DNA of 63,731 nucleotides, counting the filler, from Choristocarpus tenellus KU-1152 (lineage: Eukaryota > Protista > Phaeophyceae), in NCBI GenBank assembly GCA_964200185.2. It is 6 parts of 6 records of this genome, joined end to end, with 100 filler letters (N's around TTAATTAATTAA, not from the genome) between each part and the next. Parts side by side here need not be neighbours in the genome. Positions count along the whole stretch, not along the records: positions 60,106 to 63,731 come from CAXNAD020018879.1; 5 more parts are not named here. One strand, written 5' to 3'. Positions 61,523 through 63,731 of this stretch are shown here, piece after piece. Below the pieces are notes generated by a model. It made no database searches and was not told the DNA's origin. It was given only the letters and a program-made list of their open reading frames with translations. The stretch's first letter is position 1, and every line of letters starts with the position of its first letter. The position numbers were made by a program, and so were the translations under genes.

Positions 61523-63412
61523 GATGTGATAGCTGGGAGTCCGGCCATGTGCCTTCGCCGCCGTACCCTCCACTCCTCTAAGAAGACAAACAAACCACAC
61601 GACACGCGTACGGGTGAGGATAGAAATGGAGATCAGGAACAGTGTGGCAACAGGGTAGGCAGCTTTGCTGTATGCCGAGAGGACCCTGTTCCAGATGAGC
61701 TTACGACCCAGGGAGCAACACTGACAGCACATGAATATTGCAGGACATCTGACCTTGGTCTCAGTGATGAAGATGATGGAATAGGAGAAGGGTCAAGGTC
61801 GGAGTTGGGACAACCCCCAGGGTTAAAGCTGGATGAAATGATGGGAAGCAGACTCACCAACAAGCCCAACCTCAGGATACTACCCGAGGAGAGTGCTGAG
61901 AAGGAAGCGGAATCAAACCCTTGTCAGGCGAAATGGAAGGCGGAGAACAAGCTGCAACAACTGAAAACCAAAAAACCTCAGCCTGAGACTGATGAGTGCA
62001 GGTGTGGCGGGACCAGAGGCAATGTAGCTGCTGATAGTAATGGAAGCAACAAATACATGGAGAGTACTCTAGTACTTAGCTCACAACAGCTGGGAACACG
62101 AGACTGTAAAGGCAGCTGCACTAGACTCTGTAGTAGGCAAAGAAATATGGCTGACACTGGTGTGTGGCAGAGAACCATCATGTCAGCTCCTATTCCCAAC
62201 TCATTTCCTTCACTGGACACCTTATTGGGATTGGATGGAAGTTCCCTGGAGGAGGCCGATGGGTTAAGTGGAAGGAGGTCAAGGGCGGCCACCCGATGCT
62301 CATCCGCTTTCAGCAAAAGGCGATATGTCCGTGATTCTATTGCTGTCCAAGGGGGCTGGATTAGTGGGGTTGCGAGCAAAGAGAGGGTATGGGGTAGCAC
62401 AGGAGTAGAAGACTTGGCGATCAAGAGTGTGGAAGGCCAAAGAGAATGGAGAAGGAGAGCTGAATCTTGTCTCCCCACACAATCTCTTCTCATCCAGCTC
62501 AGTCAACCAAAGAAAGGAATAATATCAAGACATCCAAAGGAGGCGTCTGTGGTGCCAGAAAAATCTTCTACAGAGGGGCAAAGGGAGATGTTGGGAGCTT
62601 CTAACATGACAAATATTCACTGCCCCAGAATGAGGAGGTTTTTGGTGGAGAGGCAGTCCATTGTGAGAGGACTGGGAGGACACGTGGAAAAGATTACGAA
62701 TGAGAAAGAAGGTAGATGTGGACACCCTGTAGGGTGGAAGAGAGGGAAGGGAGGCAGATTCGATTTCCGCGTTGTTGTAGATGATCCCTGTATGTGCAGC
62801 AGGTACGATAGTGGCAATAGATGTGACAAAACCCTATATTGTGACAATAGTGGAAAGGTGAACGACCAAATTCTCATCTCTTCAGGGTGTCCATCAAAGT
62901 CAACAGAATCCTGTCTAGATGAGGTGAAGCTAAGGGGGAAAATAGGACCTTCGTGCTTACCTAGCACAACAAGCTCCACAGTGAGCGGTCCTCACTGGGG
63001 AACTCCACCCTTTGAAGGAAACAAGGGTGGAAGTGGACAAGTCACATCAGGCACCTTGCATCCTCTCTTGTTCCCAGTGCATCATGAGAATTGTTCCTTA
63101 AGAAGAGATGAGGTCGGTGGTGGCTGGGGATCTATTGACCAGAGTTTTGACATGGGAATAAGAACAGGAGAATCGGGAGTACGATTACAGTGCAAGGTCA
63201 GGGGTTCAGATAAAGAAGAGAGTCGTCTGAGGACAATTGTAGGGGCACACAGGAGCACCTTAGAGGGCAAAGGAGGATTTTTGGCAGACAGTTCTCACAA
63301 GAGAGGAAGAGAGACTCAGGCAATGCTTTTGGCTGAGTCAAGAGCAGCAGAAAAGACCAGACTAGGGTCAGTGGAAACAAGGGATAACACGCCCTTTTTA
63401 TTGATGAGCTGA
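61523..63412 (+). CDS. Large low-complexity (S/G/E/R-rich) ORF, probably the terminal exon of an upstream gene
   Basis: 1.89-kb stop-free frame, preceded by an in-frame acceptor (ttcctgtactgctag|GAT) and ending in TGA; no recognisable domain. Confidence 0.6.
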   Translation, partial: DVIAGSPAMCLRRRTLHSSKKTNKPHDTRTGEDRNGDQEQCGNRVGSFAVCREDPVPDELTTQGATLTAHEYCRTSDLGLSDEDDGIGEGSRSELGQPPGLKLDEMMGSRLTNKPNLRILPEESAEKEAESNPCQAKWKAENKLQQLKTKKPQPETDECRCGGTRGNVAADSNGSNKYMESTLVLSSQQLGTRDCKGSCTRLCSRQRNMADTGVWQRTIMSAPIPNSFPSLDTLLGLDGSSLEEADGLSGRRSRAATRCSSAFSKRRYVRDSIAVQGGWISGVASKERVWGSTGVEDLAIKSVEGQREWRRRAESCLPTQSLLIQLSQPKKGIISRHPKEASVVPEKSSTEGQREMLGASNMTNIHCPRMRRFLVERQSIVRGLGGHVEKITNEKEGRCGHPVGWKRGKGGRFDFRVVVDDPCMCSRYDSGNRCDKTLYCDNSGKVNDQILISSGCPSKSTESCLDEVKLRGKIGPSCLPSTTSSTVSGPHWGTPPFEGNKGGSGQVTSGTLHPLLFPVHHENCSLRRDEVGGGWGSIDQSFDMGIRTGESGVRLQCKVRGSDKEESRLRTIVGAHRSTLEGKGGFLADSSHKRGRETQAMLLAESRAAEKTRLGSVETRDNTPFLLMS

Positions 63413-63731
63413 TGGTCCTCCTTGCTCAGTAGGCGAACATCATTCCTCAGGTGAGTGGGGTATGGAAAGTGGAGTGTGCACAGAAGAATTCGAGTGGCAA
63501 AGAAAAGAGGGAAAATGTGAGGGGGAGAGCATGACGGGATGCAGAGGTTGTGTAGGAGGGGATTGATAGGTATGATAGGATTTTGAAAAACTGCAGAACA
63601 CGTTACAAAGATTTTGACTCACGGAAGAAAATTTGGTTGTTAAAACATAGGCTACTCATTTGTTTGTTGTTGATATGATACACATACTACCAGCTTGTAC
63701 TGACTGTTGATTGGTGCACTGCACTGGTTGT

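Overview
This is eukaryotic, intron-rich genomic DNA with GT-AG introns of about 0.1-3 kb. The gene style, the TTAGGG-like repeats and a brown-algal-type RLE retroelement suggest an ochrophyte/brown-algal lineage; this is inference. The window is not one continuous locus. Five 100-nt N-linkers carrying TTAATTAATTAA join six contigs (about 1-18835, 18937-34688, 34789-43987, 44088-53487, 53588-60005, 60106-63731). Spliced genes reconstructed by hand: a RagC/D (Gtr2) GTPase (minus), a C2-like-domain protein (plus), a complete arginase (minus) head-to-head with an mTERF-repeat gene (plus), an unknown helical protein (minus), the 5' part of an RME-8/DNAJC13-like gene (plus), the 5' TPR part of a SEC/OGT-type O-GlcNAc transferase (plus), and a 1.9-kb low-complexity terminal exon. 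Non-genic DNA holds a high-copy MITE-like family with GAG...CTC termini and a shorter sister family. It also holds a head-to-head pair of RLE non-LTR retrotransposon 3' ends, decayed Gypsy/Copia-like fragments and minisatellites. The most notable items are a decayed viral-type D5 primase-helicase fossil at about 3.0-4.4 kb, a RagC whose catalytic Gln is replaced by Asp, and the MITE architecture. No CRISPR, rRNA or tRNA was seen, and I could not demonstrate an intact novel multi-gene system.
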